DNA of 64,000 nucleotides from an uncultured candidate division Zixibacteria bacterium (GCA_963668625.2 CAXXKA010000006.1:768001-832000); one strand, 5' to 3'; counted from the first letter of the stretch, positions 20,593 to 31,591 are shown. Numbers and translations: made by a program. Notes: generated by a model from the sequence alone, not told the origin.

Positions 20593-23500
20593 AATGGCCC
20601 CCAACCAGCAAATAGATCATGATTGGTGGAATGATCTTCGCCACAACGGAGTACTGATATCCGCGCAGGTTCTGGGTGAATATTTCACTGAGTTGATGAT
20701 TCCCGATCCTTGGCGTTATCGTGCCTTAAGAGACTCATATAACACATTCGATACCTGGCTTAAAACCGGTAATATATCGGGAGGCCAAAAAGATGCTCTA
20801 TATAAATGGTGCGATATCGTCTTTGAGAATTTACTTGGCTATAAATCTGAGCGCTTCCTTAAAGGCAATAACATCCCCGCCAGCTACTCTCATACCGCGA
20901 TGACCGGGGATAATCTAAAACCTAATAGAATATTGTTCGACAGCGCTACGCGTGAAACTCCTTTATGCGCTATAAGCATAGAACCACCGGTAAAAGGCAG
21001 GCAGGGCTATCGCATGCTGGGTGTCGGAAAAGGGCGAACCTCCTATAGCAAGCTGCTAGAATATCTCAGGCTATCCAATATCAAGCTTGGCATATTGACC
21101 AACGGCATTCAAATCAGGCTGGTTTACGCCTCCGCCGATCATGAAACGTGGGTCGAGTGGGACGTTCGGTCGTGGTTCGAGGATGAGCAACTCAGACAGC
21201 AATTGCATGGCTTTCTCACTTTATTAAGCGAATACGGTACACAATCCCGAGATGGCGCAACTTTTCCACTTCTGCAGGCTATTGAAACCTCGCGCTCGAA
21301 GCAGGCCGAGCTTGCCTCAGTGATGGGAACGCAGATACGTTCGGCGGTTGAGCTTATTATCGATCATCTCAACATTGCTAAACAAAAACAACCGGATATT
21401 CTGAAAAATGTCTTTAATAATGGTAATAACGGGATGGCCTCCAGCAAGCAGGTTCGGGATGCCCTCTATCAGGCGGCCTCCAGGATTATCATGCGCGTTG
21501 TCGTGGTGTTGTTTGCCGAGGCGAAAGACCTGTTATCACGTTCACAGTTGATATACGAGCAGAGCTACGGCGTGGAGGGATTGTTCGAGCAATTGCGAAA
21601 AGCCAGGCAATTCGACGGCCCCGAGTCTCTGGAGGACAGGTACTACGCCTGGAATCGGCTGCTGGCCTTGTTCAAGCTCATCCATGATGGCTGTTCTTAT
21701 GCCGATCTCAATATTCAGCAGTACGGTGGTATATTATTCCGTCCCGGCGATTCATCCAGTGATGATATCGTTTTGCGGGCTATGTCGGTTTTTGAGGAAA
21801 ACCGTTTCCGTATTCCTGATAGTATTATACTGAGAATTCTCGAACGGCTTAAGATAGGGCGTATTAAAGTCAAGCAGGGGCGATCCTCCCGGATGGTGCA
21901 GGGGATGGTTGACTTCTCCGATCTCCGTACAGAGTTCATCGGAATCATGTATGAGGGCTTGCTCGATTTCGAGCTTCATGCCACTCCACAGCCGATGGTT
22001 GTCCTTAATCTCGGCAAAGAGCCCGTGTTGCCTCTCGATTTATTGGAAGCTAAATCCGACAAGGAGCTAAAAGACCTGATCTCCAAGCTCGGCAAGGAGG
22101 ATAAAGATAAATCCGAAAGCGGTGAGGATTCCGAGGATGAGGAAAGCGATGATGAATCCCTTCCCGATGAAGCAGAAGAGGAGACCGAGGAGATAGACGA
22201 TACCGTAGATGATCAAACCGATCAGGAGTACTCCGAGGTCGACAGGCGGAAGATGCAGGCTGTTGACTGGGCGAAACGTGCCGCCGAGGCCGCGGGAATG
22301 ATCAAGCAAAAACGCGGCGAGGATGACTACTACTATCAGAAGCGCCTCGATAAAGCCGCCGACAGGTTGATCGTCAAGGTAATCGATAAGGACGAGTTCT
22401 ACCTGGCTCGCTGGGGCGGCACTCGTAAGGGTACGGGGACGTTTTACACCAAACCCGGGCTGGCAGTGCCCACAGCTCGCCGTACGCTCGAGCCGTTATT
22501 GTTCGATACCGTTGACGGTAAGCAGATACCTAAAACACCCGAGGACATTCTGGCGTTGAAGGTTTGTGATCCATCCTGCGGGTCGGCATCGTTTTTGGTG
22601 GCGGCGCTGCATTATATCACCGAGGCGTTGTATAAATCGCTTATTTATCATAGAAAGATAAACGTCGAATCGCCTGTCACACCGGTATTGCCGTTTGGTA
22701 CTTCCTCGGAGGGCAAGCTCAAGGAGGATCTGCTGCCGGTTTCGCCCTCCGATGAGCGTTTCGAGGATATGGTGAGAAGCCGCCTCAGACGTCACGTGGT
22801 GGAACGCTGCATATACGGCGTGGATCTCAACCCGATGGCGGTGGAGCTGGCGCGACTGTCGCTGTGGATCGAGACGATGGACTCACGTCTGCCTTTCGGT
22901 TTTCTCGATCACAAGATCAAGGTCGGCAACTCGCTCGTGGGATGCTGGTTCGATACGTTCGGTGATTATCCGCTGGCCGCCTGGCTGCGCGAGGGCGGTA
23001 ACAAGGATGATACCGAGAAGATTACGGATCAGTTGAAGGGTGAGAGAGCCGGCAAGGGAGGTAAAGGCCGTCGACCGGGGCAGGGGATAGTGCTCGAACA
23101 GATGAAGCGCATAATTCTCCGTAAGGCCGGCGTGATGCCGCTGGGATTCCACGAGCAGGGAGTTACCCCCGATAGCGTGCATGATGACGCCCTGAAAAAG
23201 CTGCAGGAGATTCACGATATCACTATCGGAAATCCCGAAAAGCGCGAGCGCAAGTACAAAGAGGAGTTTCTCGGTAATGAGATATATCACCGCTTGAAAC
23301 AGTCTTTCGATGCCTGGTGTGCCGCCTGGTTCTGGCCTGTCGATAAATTCGATGAGGCGCTGCCCTCGCCCGATGAGATATTCGATCCCGGTGAGAGAAC
23401 GATTGCGATGGTAAACGAGCTGGCCGATAGATATAAATTCTTCCACTGGGAGCTGGAGTTCCCCGATGTCTTCATCACCGCCGATTCCGGTTTCGATGTT

Positions 23501-25501
23501 ATAGTCGGTAATCCGCCATGGGAGATAAGTAAGCCCAACTCGAAAGAGTTCTTCTCCAATTACGACCCGGTTTATCGCACCTACGGCAAGCAGGAGGCCG
23601 TTAAGAAACAAGAATCCATGATGGAGCAGAATCCCAATATCGAAAGAGAGTGGCGTAACTACACCGCGTTTTTCAAAGCTATGAGCAATTGGAATAAACA
23701 CGCCGCCTTCCCATTCGGATACTACGACTACGAGGATAAAAGCTCGCGAATCACATTCAGCCGCAGCCGAGGTGAAAATACCGCCCTGCACGATGATTGG
23801 AAACGTAACCGGGCCAGGCAAAAACACTATGCCGATAGAAGACACCCTTACCGTTACCAGGGAGCCGCTGATATTAACCTGTATAAGATGTTCCTGGAAT
23901 CCTCTTACGCGCTTTTAAAACATGAGGGGCGTCTGGGTATGATCGTCCCCTCCGGGATTTACACCGATAACGGTACTCGTGAACTGCGTGAGCTGTTTAT
24001 CGAGAACTCGAAATGGGAATGGTTGTTTTCATTTGAGAATAGGAAAAAGTTGTTTGATATTGATAGCAGATTCAAATTCTGTCCGGTTATAATTAAAAAA
24101 GGCTTTACTACCGATGCTATCAATACCGCTTTCATGCGTCACGACCTTAAAGACTGGGAGGAGAACGCGATTAACCTGGCGACTCCGTATGATAAATCGC
24201 AGATCACCATTTTCAGCCCTAAAAGCAAAGCCCTGCTCGAGCTTCGCTCCAAACGCGATATCGAGATTATCGAGAAAATATACGCCAACTCGGTACTGCT
24301 GGGGGATGACTCAGAGGACGGCTGGCAGATTAAGTATTCTCGTGAATTTGACATGACCAACGATTCCAAACTGTTCCATCCCAGGCCGTGGTGGGAGCAG
24401 CGTGGCTATAGGCCGGATGCTTATGGGCGCTGGGTTAATCCCGATGGTGAGATAGCGCTGCCGCTTTATGAGGGCAGGATGATAGGGCAGTTCGATTTCA
24501 GCGAGAAAGGCTGGGTAAGCGGAAAAGGCCGTTCGGCTGTTTGGCGTGATATCGGCTGGGATGATAAGGTTATTGAACCGCAGTATTTGATGGATAGATC
24601 ATTGTACTTAGAGCGAGTTAATAGAAATATTAATATCAAACTTGGTTTAATGGATATAAGTTCTGCTACTAATCGAAGGACTATGATTTTAAGTACTTTG
24701 AGTAATTCTCCATGTGGTCATACCCTTGGCGTACTCAATAGCACAAATATGATTAATACTATTATACTAGGAGCTTTACTAAATTCCTTTATGTTTGATT
24801 ACTTATTAAGAGGACGGATGGGGGGATTGCATGTCAGCTATTATATATTAGAAGAATCAGCGTTAATAAGAAAAGATACTCTATCTAATAAAGTGATATA
24901 TGCCTTAACATTAAGTACATTGAGTTTGAATAATGTTGGTGGATATTTTTCTTATCTGTGGTTGCAGTTTATAAATAAAGGATTTCAAATTAAAAATAAT
25001 TACTGGCAATCACTCTGGGCGATAACACCCCACGAGCGATTACGCTTACGAGTTATTTTAGATGCTATAGTAGCCGAGCTTTACGGCCTCGATTATACTG
25101 ATCTCGAATGGATTCTGCGCAACGATCCCTCCGACCCCAAAGGTTTCTGGCGGGTGGATAAGGACAAGCCCGAGCACCTTCGCCAGACAACCTTGACTCT
25201 GCTGGCATTCAAGCATCTTAAGGAGGTGGGTCTGGAGCGGTTCATAAGCGAGGACTGGCAGTTCCCGGAGCATATCGCCAGGCAGCTCGGCCCGCGCTAT
25301 CTCGACTGGCAAAAGCCCAATGCCACCGAGGAGGAGATAAAGCAAAGCTGGCAGGAATGCGAAATGCACGCGAAAAACATCCTTGGCGAGGAGGAGTTCG
25401 AGAAGTTCAAGAGAAGGCTGGAGAGGGGCGAGGATGACATGGAAGAACAATCAAGAGAAAATTATGATGATAAACCAGGCCAGGGTCAACTGGGATTATA
25501 A
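20573..25501 (+). CDS. Large N6-adenine DNA methyltransferase / type IIG-like restriction-modification protein (DrmMI-like); true start probably 20582 or 20594
   Basis: N-terminal REase-like ILTNG segment; IGIMYEGLL; RKGTGTFYT; motif I VCDPSCGSASFL; IYGVDLNPMAVELA; motif IV VGNPPW; C-terminal target-recognition region. Confidence 0.88.
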   Translation: MWGMINRMAPNQQIDHDWWNDLRHNGVLISAQVLGEYFTELMIPDPWRYRALRDSYNTFDTWLKTGNISGGQKDALYKWCDIVFENLLGYKSERFLKGNNIPASYSHTAMTGDNLKPNRILFDSATRETPLCAISIEPPVKGRQGYRMLGVGKGRTSYSKLLEYLRLSNIKLGILTNGIQIRLVYASADHETWVEWDVRSWFEDEQLRQQLHGFLTLLSEYGTQSRDGATFPLLQAIETSRSKQAELASVMGTQIRSAVELIIDHLNIAKQKQPDILKNVFNNGNNGMASSKQVRDALYQAASRIIMRVVVVLFAEAKDLLSRSQLIYEQSYGVEGLFEQLRKARQFDGPESLEDRYYAWNRLLALFKLIHDGCSYADLNIQQYGGILFRPGDSSSDDIVLRAMSVFEENRFRIPDSIILRILERLKIGRIKVKQGRSSRMVQGMVDFSDLRTEFIGIMYEGLLDFELHATPQPMVVLNLGKEPVLPLDLLEAKSDKELKDLISKLGKEDKDKSESGEDSEDEESDDESLPDEAEEETEEIDDTVDDQTDQEYSEVDRRKMQAVDWAKRAAEAAGMIKQKRGEDDYYYQKRLDKAADRLIVKVIDKDEFYLARWGGTRKGTGTFYTKPGLAVPTARRTLEPLLFDTVDGKQIPKTPEDILALKVCDPSCGSASFLVAALHYITEALYKSLIYHRKINVESPVTPVLPFGTSSEGKLKEDLLPVSPSDERFEDMVRSRLRRHVVERCIYGVDLNPMAVELARLSLWIETMDSRLPFGFLDHKIKVGNSLVGCWFDTFGDYPLAAWLREGGNKDDTEKITDQLKGERAGKGGKGRRPGQGIVLEQMKRIILRKAGVMPLGFHEQGVTPDSVHDDALKKLQEIHDITIGNPEKRERKYKEEFLGNEIYHRLKQSFDAWCAAWFWPVDKFDEALPSPDEIFDPGERTIAMVNELADRYKFFHWELEFPDVFITADSGFDVIVGNPPWEISKPNSKEFFSNYDPVYRTYGKQEAVKKQESMMEQNPNIEREWRNYTAFFKAMSNWNKHAAFPFGYYDYEDKSSRITFSRSRGENTALHDDWKRNRARQKHYADRRHPYRYQGAADINLYKMFLESSYALLKHEGRLGMIVPSGIYTDNGTRELRELFIENSKWEWLFSFENRKKLFDIDSRFKFCPVIIKKGFTTDAINTAFMRHDLKDWEENAINLATPYDKSQITIFSPKSKALLELRSKRDIEIIEKIYANSVLLGDDSEDGWQIKYSREFDMTNDSKLFHPRPWWEQRGYRPDAYGRWVNPDGEIALPLYEGRMIGQFDFSEKGWVSGKGRSAVWRDIGWDDKVIEPQYLMDRSLYLERVNRNINIKLGLMDISSATNRRTMILSTLSNSPCGHTLGVLNSTNMINTIILGALLNSFMFDYLLRGRMGGLHVSYYILEESALIRKDTLSNKVIYALTLSTLSLNNVGGYFSYLWLQFINKGFQIKNNYWQSLWAITPHERLRLRVILDAIVAELYGLDYTDLEWILRNDPSDPKGFWRVDKDKPEHLRQTTLTLLAFKHLKEVGLERFISEDWQFPEHIARQLGPRYLDWQKPNATEEEIKQSWQECEMHAKNILGEEEFEKFKRRLERGEDDMEEQSRENYDDKPGQGQLGL

Positions 25502-25515
25502 GACGGAGAGTATCG

Positions 25516-28500
25516 ATGAGCGAGCATGGCATCAACCCGGTTAAATTCGCGTATCAGGTAAATCAGCAATTCATTAACTACCAATTAACCGCGTTCCCTC
25601 TAAGCGATAACGATCTTGCCGATCAAGCACGCGATATGCTTAAAGCGAAGATCGGCTCGCCGCTCATCAAGGGACCGTACGTATCGCTGAGCCGCTCGTT
25701 CCGTCTGGGGCGCAACCTTAACGATATAGCTCGCGCGGGGCTGGTACATGCAGCGCTGCCCGGTCTGACAGAACATCCGGGACTGTTTGCTCATCAGGAT
25801 AAAACGCTGGATGAAGTGATGCAGGGGAATCATTGCCTTATCACAACCGGCACGGGCTCGGGCAAAACCGAGGCGTTTTTATATCCCATACTAAACTACT
25901 GCCTCGAACTTCGCGATGCAGGCAAACCTGATGGCCTGGTTGCTATACTGGTCTATCCGATGAATGCCCTCGCCTATGACCAATTGGGCCGTCTGAGGAA
26001 GATGCTGGCCGGTTCGCAGATCAGTTTCGGTATGTACACCGGCACAACGCCTGCCAATGATGGAGCTGTCAGCGGTGATGTAGTGAGGATGAAGGAGGGA
26101 GAAGGCCAGGCTGATTTCGCGGGTTATGAGAGAAAATATAGAGGTCACGCCGGAGTGGTTATCTCACCCTCCGAAGAACGTCTGACCGAAGCCGAGATGG
26201 CCGCCAGACCTCCCCGTATCCTGCTAACCAACGTGAACCAGCTCGAGTACCTGATAACCCGTGGTAAAGACCTCGGCATGTTTATAGACGCGCCGCTACG
26301 ATTTCTGGTATTCGACGAGGCTCACACTTATAGAGGGGCCGTTGGCGCAGAGGTAGCTTGCTTGATAAGACGTATAAAAGCATTTTGCGGCAAAACCTCC
26401 GATGACGTGATCTGCATGGGAACCTCGGCAACTATCACCGACCCTGAATACGGTGCTGAAGCTGGGAAGAGATTCGCGCAACGGTTTTTCGGAATTAATC
26501 CCGATAAGGTTAAGCTGGTAGAGGAAGAGTACGAACGAGAGAATTTCCCTCTGGACAGGTATACGCCTGATATCCCAACTGATGACACGATTGCTATCCT
26601 CGATATGATCTTAGAGGCTGTGGACAAACGCGATGGAGTTTTAGTATCTGAGGGGTTGAAGAAGCTTACAGGTAAAGATATAGGGTTGAGCGAGAACTGG
26701 TCCGAGGAATTGTATGACCATCTCAAGCAGAATGAGATCATTCGCACGCTGTTCGATAAACTGCCAAAACCTGTAGAGCTTGATGAGGCCGTGCAGGTGG
26801 TGAATAACAATATCGGCAGGGGAGCGATACAGATCAGTGATCAGCTTACAGGCGAGTTGCTATGCTATCTCGTATTAGGGGCGGCTGCCGAGAAGAAAGC
26901 GAATCCTCTTATTCGTCCCAAGCTTCACTATTTTCTTCGAGGCCTGGAAGGGGCCGTAGTGACATTCGGCAATACTGACGGCAGTGATCCTGAGCACGCG
27001 ATGTTAAGCATGTCTCTAAGCGATGCTATGGAGAAGTATGGCGTAGATGAAAAGGCCTGTCCGCCAATATATGTCTGCAGAACATGTGGACAGCATTACT
27101 ACGAGGGGTATTACAGGAATTTCGAGCTGGATAGCGGTGAGCCATCGGGTGGAGATGCTGAGGAGGATAACGTTATCTGGGAAGCCGTTGATGAGCCCAC
27201 CGGCAACAGGGTCGTGTTTACCAACAGGTTTGTCGCGCCGGAGTTAGATGAGGGTGATAACGGAAACGCTTTCGATGATCAAAGGATATATTTCTGTCGC
27301 TGGTGCGGAACGCTTCACAAAAACGAGGGAAGCTGCGTCAATCCAAAGTGTAAACGTAAAGGCAGATCGGTACCGGTATATTTCATTCCGCTCAGGAACG
27401 GCAGGCACTTGAGTTCATGCATTAGCTGCAAGCAAAGAGGCCGTGTTTACGCAGGTCGATTCATAGAGCCGATTAAGCCTTTAAGAGCAATAACAGTGGC
27501 GGACGTTCATATCCTGGCGCAAAATATGCTTAATGCCGTATCAGGTCCCCATCGAAAGCTGATAGTGTTTTCGGATAATCGTCAGGACGCGGCGTTTCAA
27601 GCCGGCTGGATGCAGGACCACGCCAGGCGGTACCGTCTCCGCCACCTCGTGTATGAATATGTTAAAGGACAGGATGAGCCTTCATCCTTAAGTGATATCG
27701 TCGAGCATTTGTTGAATTTGTTTAAAGCCGATCATGATTTGGCCAAGATGTTGGCGCCTGAGGTATACTTGGGACGAGCTAGAGAAGCATATGGCAGAAC
27801 GCTGGATAACGAACTTAAGAAGTTTACGCGATACGCGATGATGCTCGAGTTTGGCTCTAATTTTAAAAAGATCGACTGTCTCGAATCGTGGGGGATTGTT
27901 AAGGTCGTTTATAAAGATGTTGATAAGGATAATGCCTGGATCAGGGAATGGGCAGAGACTCTAAAACTAACGCCCGAGGATCTGGCAAACGGTATCTGCG
28001 CGCTGTTGGATGTGTACAGAAGGACAAGGCTTTTCCACGATGAGCAAGCACCTATTTTCAGCAGATATTGGCGCGAGGGAGATGAGGAAATCCAGCGCGG
28101 TTACCTGCCATTTTTCACGAATACAGCAGGTAAGGCTCTTGGGCCGGTCGGGATTAAATATAATAGAGAGATTGATGATAATAGAACATGGTTACGGGAG
28201 TTTGCTGGTAGAAGCGGCCGCACATTAACGCAAGATTACGTAAAAAAGTGGCCTGTTGATGAAAACCAGCGCGAGGGTTTCTTGGAAGCTCTATGGGGAT
28301 TCCTGGCTGATACAGCAGGCGTGTTGCAATCAGTCGAGTTAAAAGGTAATAGAGGTAACGTTCTGCCGGGTACAGCAGGATCATATCAAGTATCGGCGCA
28401 GAAGATGGCAATCTCACCGGATGCTAAGAGATATCGATGCAGCTTATGTAAGCGAATACATACGAGGTATACCCCATCGGGCGTATGTACGGCTTACAGA

Positions 28501-30942
28501 TGTTCGGGAACGCTTATAGAGGAGCCATTGCCGGATGATAACTATGATATCCAGATGTTAAAATTGCCGTTTTCAATGGTGGCAGCGCATGAACATTCAG
28601 CTCAGGTACCGGCCAAAATAAGAGAACAGCTTGAGGAGCAGTTTAAAAAGACTGATGGCAGATATAACTGCCTCGTCTGTACGCCAACGTTGGAACTCGG
28701 CGTTGATATCGGTGATTTGGATATGGTGTTGATGAGAAACGTGCCTCCCACATCTGCTAATTTCTGGCAAAGAGCTGGGCGTGCCGGTAGAAGATTCAGG
28801 ATGGCTGTCAACTATACCTATTGCCGCAGAAGCCAGCATGATGAGTATTTCTTCGATGATCCGCTCCAGATGCTGTCAGGAGAAATACCGGCGCCAAGAT
28901 TTAATCTCAGAAATGATGTAATGCTTGCTAAGCATATTCATTCCGCGGTGCTTTCGGAAGTTATACGCCTGAGTAAATTATCCCCCGAGAGCAGCGGATT
29001 GTCTAAAGACGAAATAGAAGATCTGAAATATGTTATAATGATGGTATTCCCGAATTTTACTGTAGACTATCTGTTCGACGAGCTGCTGAATTACCGTATG
29101 GAACCACCGGATGTATCAGTTCTACAAAATGTGATTAGTAAATACAGAGAGCATTTTGACAGGGTAATACAATCTATATTTACACAGTGGTGGCCGGATG
29201 ATGATAGTAAATATGTTTCTGCCGATAGAATCAATTCTATGGTTAACACGATAGCAGAGAAACTCCAGGCGACTGTCGGCCGATTGTTTAAAAGGATGCT
29301 CTGGGCAAAAGATTTGCAGGAGAAACTGACATCTAAGCAAAATAAAGGTATTCTAGAGCAGGATGACGACAGGGTACTAAATCGGTGCAAACGTTACCTT
29401 AAGAAAATGTCAAAGAATTCTATCGAGACATATACATTGAACGTTTTGGCTCAGGAGGGTTTTTTACCAGGTTACGAGGTTCTTGATGGTACGATTCGTT
29501 CTTATGCCAGCAGAGCGCTAAGCGAGATAGAGGGACGGCCTGATTTTGAGTTGTCCCGACCAGCTACTATAGCTGTAAGAGAATTCGTACCCGGAAATGC
29601 GATATACGCTAATTCGGGCAAATTTAGGATCGCGTATTATCACCTGCCTATAGGAGAACAAAGAACAGAACCTACAAGGCTGATGATTAATCCCGAAAAA
29701 GGCTTTATCATAGATTATGAGTCGTACGGGCGAAGCGGAATTAGATATAACGACTCTGAATTGATAAGCATTAATGCGATTGAAATATGCGATAATGAGA
29801 TTACCCATATGGGGAAAATTAATGATGAGGAGCTGAATAGATTCCAATTACCGGTCGTAACTCATGGGTATTTAAAAGAGCGCCATAGGGGTGGAGAGAT
29901 TTATTCTGTTTATAATATGAATATTCAGATAAGGTTTGGTCAAGAGATACGGATCGTTAATATCGGCCCCGCTGATAAAGTAAGAGCTGGCGAACTTGGT
30001 TTCCCTATATGCAGCGTTTGCGGTGCTGCTAGATCGCCTTATGTATCGGACTCAGAGCGTGAGCATTTTAATCAAATCCATGATGAAAAATGTAAGAAAG
30101 GTCCGGAAAACATAGCCTTTTTTACGGATGCTATTGTCGATGGCCTGGTTGTCGACGAATTCCAGGAATATGAAAATGCGGTTAATTTCGCTGAAACAAT
30201 TAAAATAGGTACAGCTAAAATATTGGATGTAGAACAAGACGATCTTCAATATATGATCTGGCCACGGGAAGATGAGGGGTATAAGCTGTTCCTCTACGAT
30301 CCAATGTCAGGTGGGTCTGGCCTTATTCTGCAGATTATTGAGTACTGGGATAAAGTATGTTCAGAGGCTTTAATTGTTCTGGATTCATGTGAATGTGATA
30401 AGGCTTGTTACAATTGTATGAAAACATATAGGAACCTATATACTCATATTCACTTAGACAGGCATACAGCACATAATATTATTGGCCAATGGTCACAAAA
30501 GCCTGAACATCAAACTTCAATACCGGCTTTATTGCATGAATCATCAGATAAAAAGGGTAATATGACCGGCACGAATATACACGAGATAAAGCTTGAGGAG
30601 ATGTTAGATGATTATGGCTTTCCAAAATTTACTTCACAGAAAGACATTGCTTTATCGATACCTCCGATAAAAAATACTCAGCCCGATTTATACTATGAGA
30701 GTGATGAAGGTAATATAAAAATTGCAATCTATCTCGATGGGCTATCAAAATCTATTCATGACAATGAAGAGCGTAGGCAAATCGATATGCTTATTAGAAG
30801 TCAACTTGAAGCAAAAGGGATAGATGTTATTGAGATTGCGGTAAGCGATTTAGCTGATCCACAGGCAAGAAATCTACAGCTTCAGAGAATCGCAGGTAAA
30901 TTGAGAAGACAGGATTTGATTAGTAAATTAGATAAAATGTAG
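25516..30942 (+). CDS. DEAD/DEAH SF2 helicase (YprA/MrfA-like) with Zn ribbons, DUF1998 and C-terminal PD-(D/E)xK/Vsr-like nuclease domain
   Basis: TGTGSGKTE, VFDEAH, GTSAT, TPTLELGVDIG, QRAGRAGR; several CxxC pairs; LYDPMSGGSG..CECDKACYNC (DUF1998); QPDLYY..IAIYLDG..H. Confidence 0.88.
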   Translation: MSEHGINPVKFAYQVNQQFINYQLTAFPLSDNDLADQARDMLKAKIGSPLIKGPYVSLSRSFRLGRNLNDIARAGLVHAALPGLTEHPGLFAHQDKTLDEVMQGNHCLITTGTGSGKTEAFLYPILNYCLELRDAGKPDGLVAILVYPMNALAYDQLGRLRKMLAGSQISFGMYTGTTPANDGAVSGDVVRMKEGEGQADFAGYERKYRGHAGVVISPSEERLTEAEMAARPPRILLTNVNQLEYLITRGKDLGMFIDAPLRFLVFDEAHTYRGAVGAEVACLIRRIKAFCGKTSDDVICMGTSATITDPEYGAEAGKRFAQRFFGINPDKVKLVEEEYERENFPLDRYTPDIPTDDTIAILDMILEAVDKRDGVLVSEGLKKLTGKDIGLSENWSEELYDHLKQNEIIRTLFDKLPKPVELDEAVQVVNNNIGRGAIQISDQLTGELLCYLVLGAAAEKKANPLIRPKLHYFLRGLEGAVVTFGNTDGSDPEHAMLSMSLSDAMEKYGVDEKACPPIYVCRTCGQHYYEGYYRNFELDSGEPSGGDAEEDNVIWEAVDEPTGNRVVFTNRFVAPELDEGDNGNAFDDQRIYFCRWCGTLHKNEGSCVNPKCKRKGRSVPVYFIPLRNGRHLSSCISCKQRGRVYAGRFIEPIKPLRAITVADVHILAQNMLNAVSGPHRKLIVFSDNRQDAAFQAGWMQDHARRYRLRHLVYEYVKGQDEPSSLSDIVEHLLNLFKADHDLAKMLAPEVYLGRAREAYGRTLDNELKKFTRYAMMLEFGSNFKKIDCLESWGIVKVVYKDVDKDNAWIREWAETLKLTPEDLANGICALLDVYRRTRLFHDEQAPIFSRYWREGDEEIQRGYLPFFTNTAGKALGPVGIKYNREIDDNRTWLREFAGRSGRTLTQDYVKKWPVDENQREGFLEALWGFLADTAGVLQSVELKGNRGNVLPGTAGSYQVSAQKMAISPDAKRYRCSLCKRIHTRYTPSGVCTAYRCSGTLIEEPLPDDNYDIQMLKLPFSMVAAHEHSAQVPAKIREQLEEQFKKTDGRYNCLVCTPTLELGVDIGDLDMVLMRNVPPTSANFWQRAGRAGRRFRMAVNYTYCRRSQHDEYFFDDPLQMLSGEIPAPRFNLRNDVMLAKHIHSAVLSEVIRLSKLSPESSGLSKDEIEDLKYVIMMVFPNFTVDYLFDELLNYRMEPPDVSVLQNVISKYREHFDRVIQSIFTQWWPDDDSKYVSADRINSMVNTIAEKLQATVGRLFKRMLWAKDLQEKLTSKQNKGILEQDDDRVLNRCKRYLKKMSKNSIETYTLNVLAQEGFLPGYEVLDGTIRSYASRALSEIEGRPDFELSRPATIAVREFVPGNAIYANSGKFRIAYYHLPIGEQRTEPTRLMINPEKGFIIDYESYGRSGIRYNDSELISINAIEICDNEITHMGKINDEELNRFQLPVVTHGYLKERHRGGEIYSVYNMNIQIRFGQEIRIVNIGPADKVRAGELGFPICSVCGAARSPYVSDSEREHFNQIHDEKCKKGPENIAFFTDAIVDGLVVDEFQEYENAVNFAETIKIGTAKILDVEQDDLQYMIWPREDEGYKLFLYDPMSGGSGLILQIIEYWDKVCSEALIVLDSCECDKACYNCMKTYRNLYTHIHLDRHTAHNIIGQWSQKPEHQTSIPALLHESSDKKGNMTGTNIHEIKLEEMLDDYGFPKFTSQKDIALSIPPIKNTQPDLYYESDEGNIKIAIYLDGLSKSIHDNEERRQIDMLIRSQLEAKGIDVIEIAVSDLADPQARNLQLQRIAGKLRRQDLISKLDKM

Positions 30943-30958
30943 TCAGTAATTTAATGAT

Positions 30959-31025
30959 TGCACGTCTTCAGAACTTTTTTGACATAATTGGTAAAAATCT
31001 AAGAGACAGTTTTGATAATATCAAG
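30959..31025 (-). mobile_element. Isolated right end of an IS related to the element at 61959-63462
   Basis: tgcacgtcttcagaacttttttgacata..aaaatctaagagacagttttgataatatcaag closely matches the reverse complement of 63396-63462. Confidence 0.75.
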
Positions 31026-31430
31026 TGTACTAATCAAGACTTAACCTGACGGTCACACTGTTTCCGGTTGTACGTTTTGAATCAGCATTTTCTCTCTAAC
31101 CAGCGGTATTGAATCTTCGAATGTTTGCATAGGTGTCTTACCAAAGCAATACTTACCGCTGTGAGTTCTCTCCTCGTTGTAATGCCTAAACCAAATATCT
31201 AAATCCGCCTGGAGTTCGTCAAGCGTATGATAGATCTTTTTACGGAAGGCGATTCTGCAAAACTCGTTTAATACTGTCTTATGGAATCTCTCACAGATAC
31301 CATTTGTTTGAGGACTCTTAGCTTTTGTCCTGCTATGATCTATATCCTCAAGAGACAGGTATAATTGGTACTCGTGGTCTTCCTGTCTACCGCAATACTC
31401 GGTACCTCGATCAGTCAGCACTCGAGGGTA
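31026..31430 (-). mobile_element. IS481-family transposase 3' remnant with TGT terminal end
   Basis: RVLTDRGTEYCG..EYQLYL..IDHSRTKAKSPQTNGICERFHKT..YNEERTHSG; end TGTAC at 31026; 5' two-thirds absent. Confidence 0.8.
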
Positions 31431-31591
31431 ATAAATTATAGTTTTGTGCCGCATGCCATTTTTTTTTTAAGGTTAAATTGGCTATCCTTTAATTACAAGG
31501 TAGGCTAGTAAAATAATCTTAATAGGTTTTTCCGAGTTTGATGAAAATGCCGAGAATATATAATTATTAACATTGTTAATAACAATCTTAC

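Noticed and set aside
22883-23845. 320-aa antisense ORF within the methyltransferase
   Set aside because: Shadow frame of a GC-rich coding region with no recognisable motifs; the same applies to the other short overlapping ORFs in the track.
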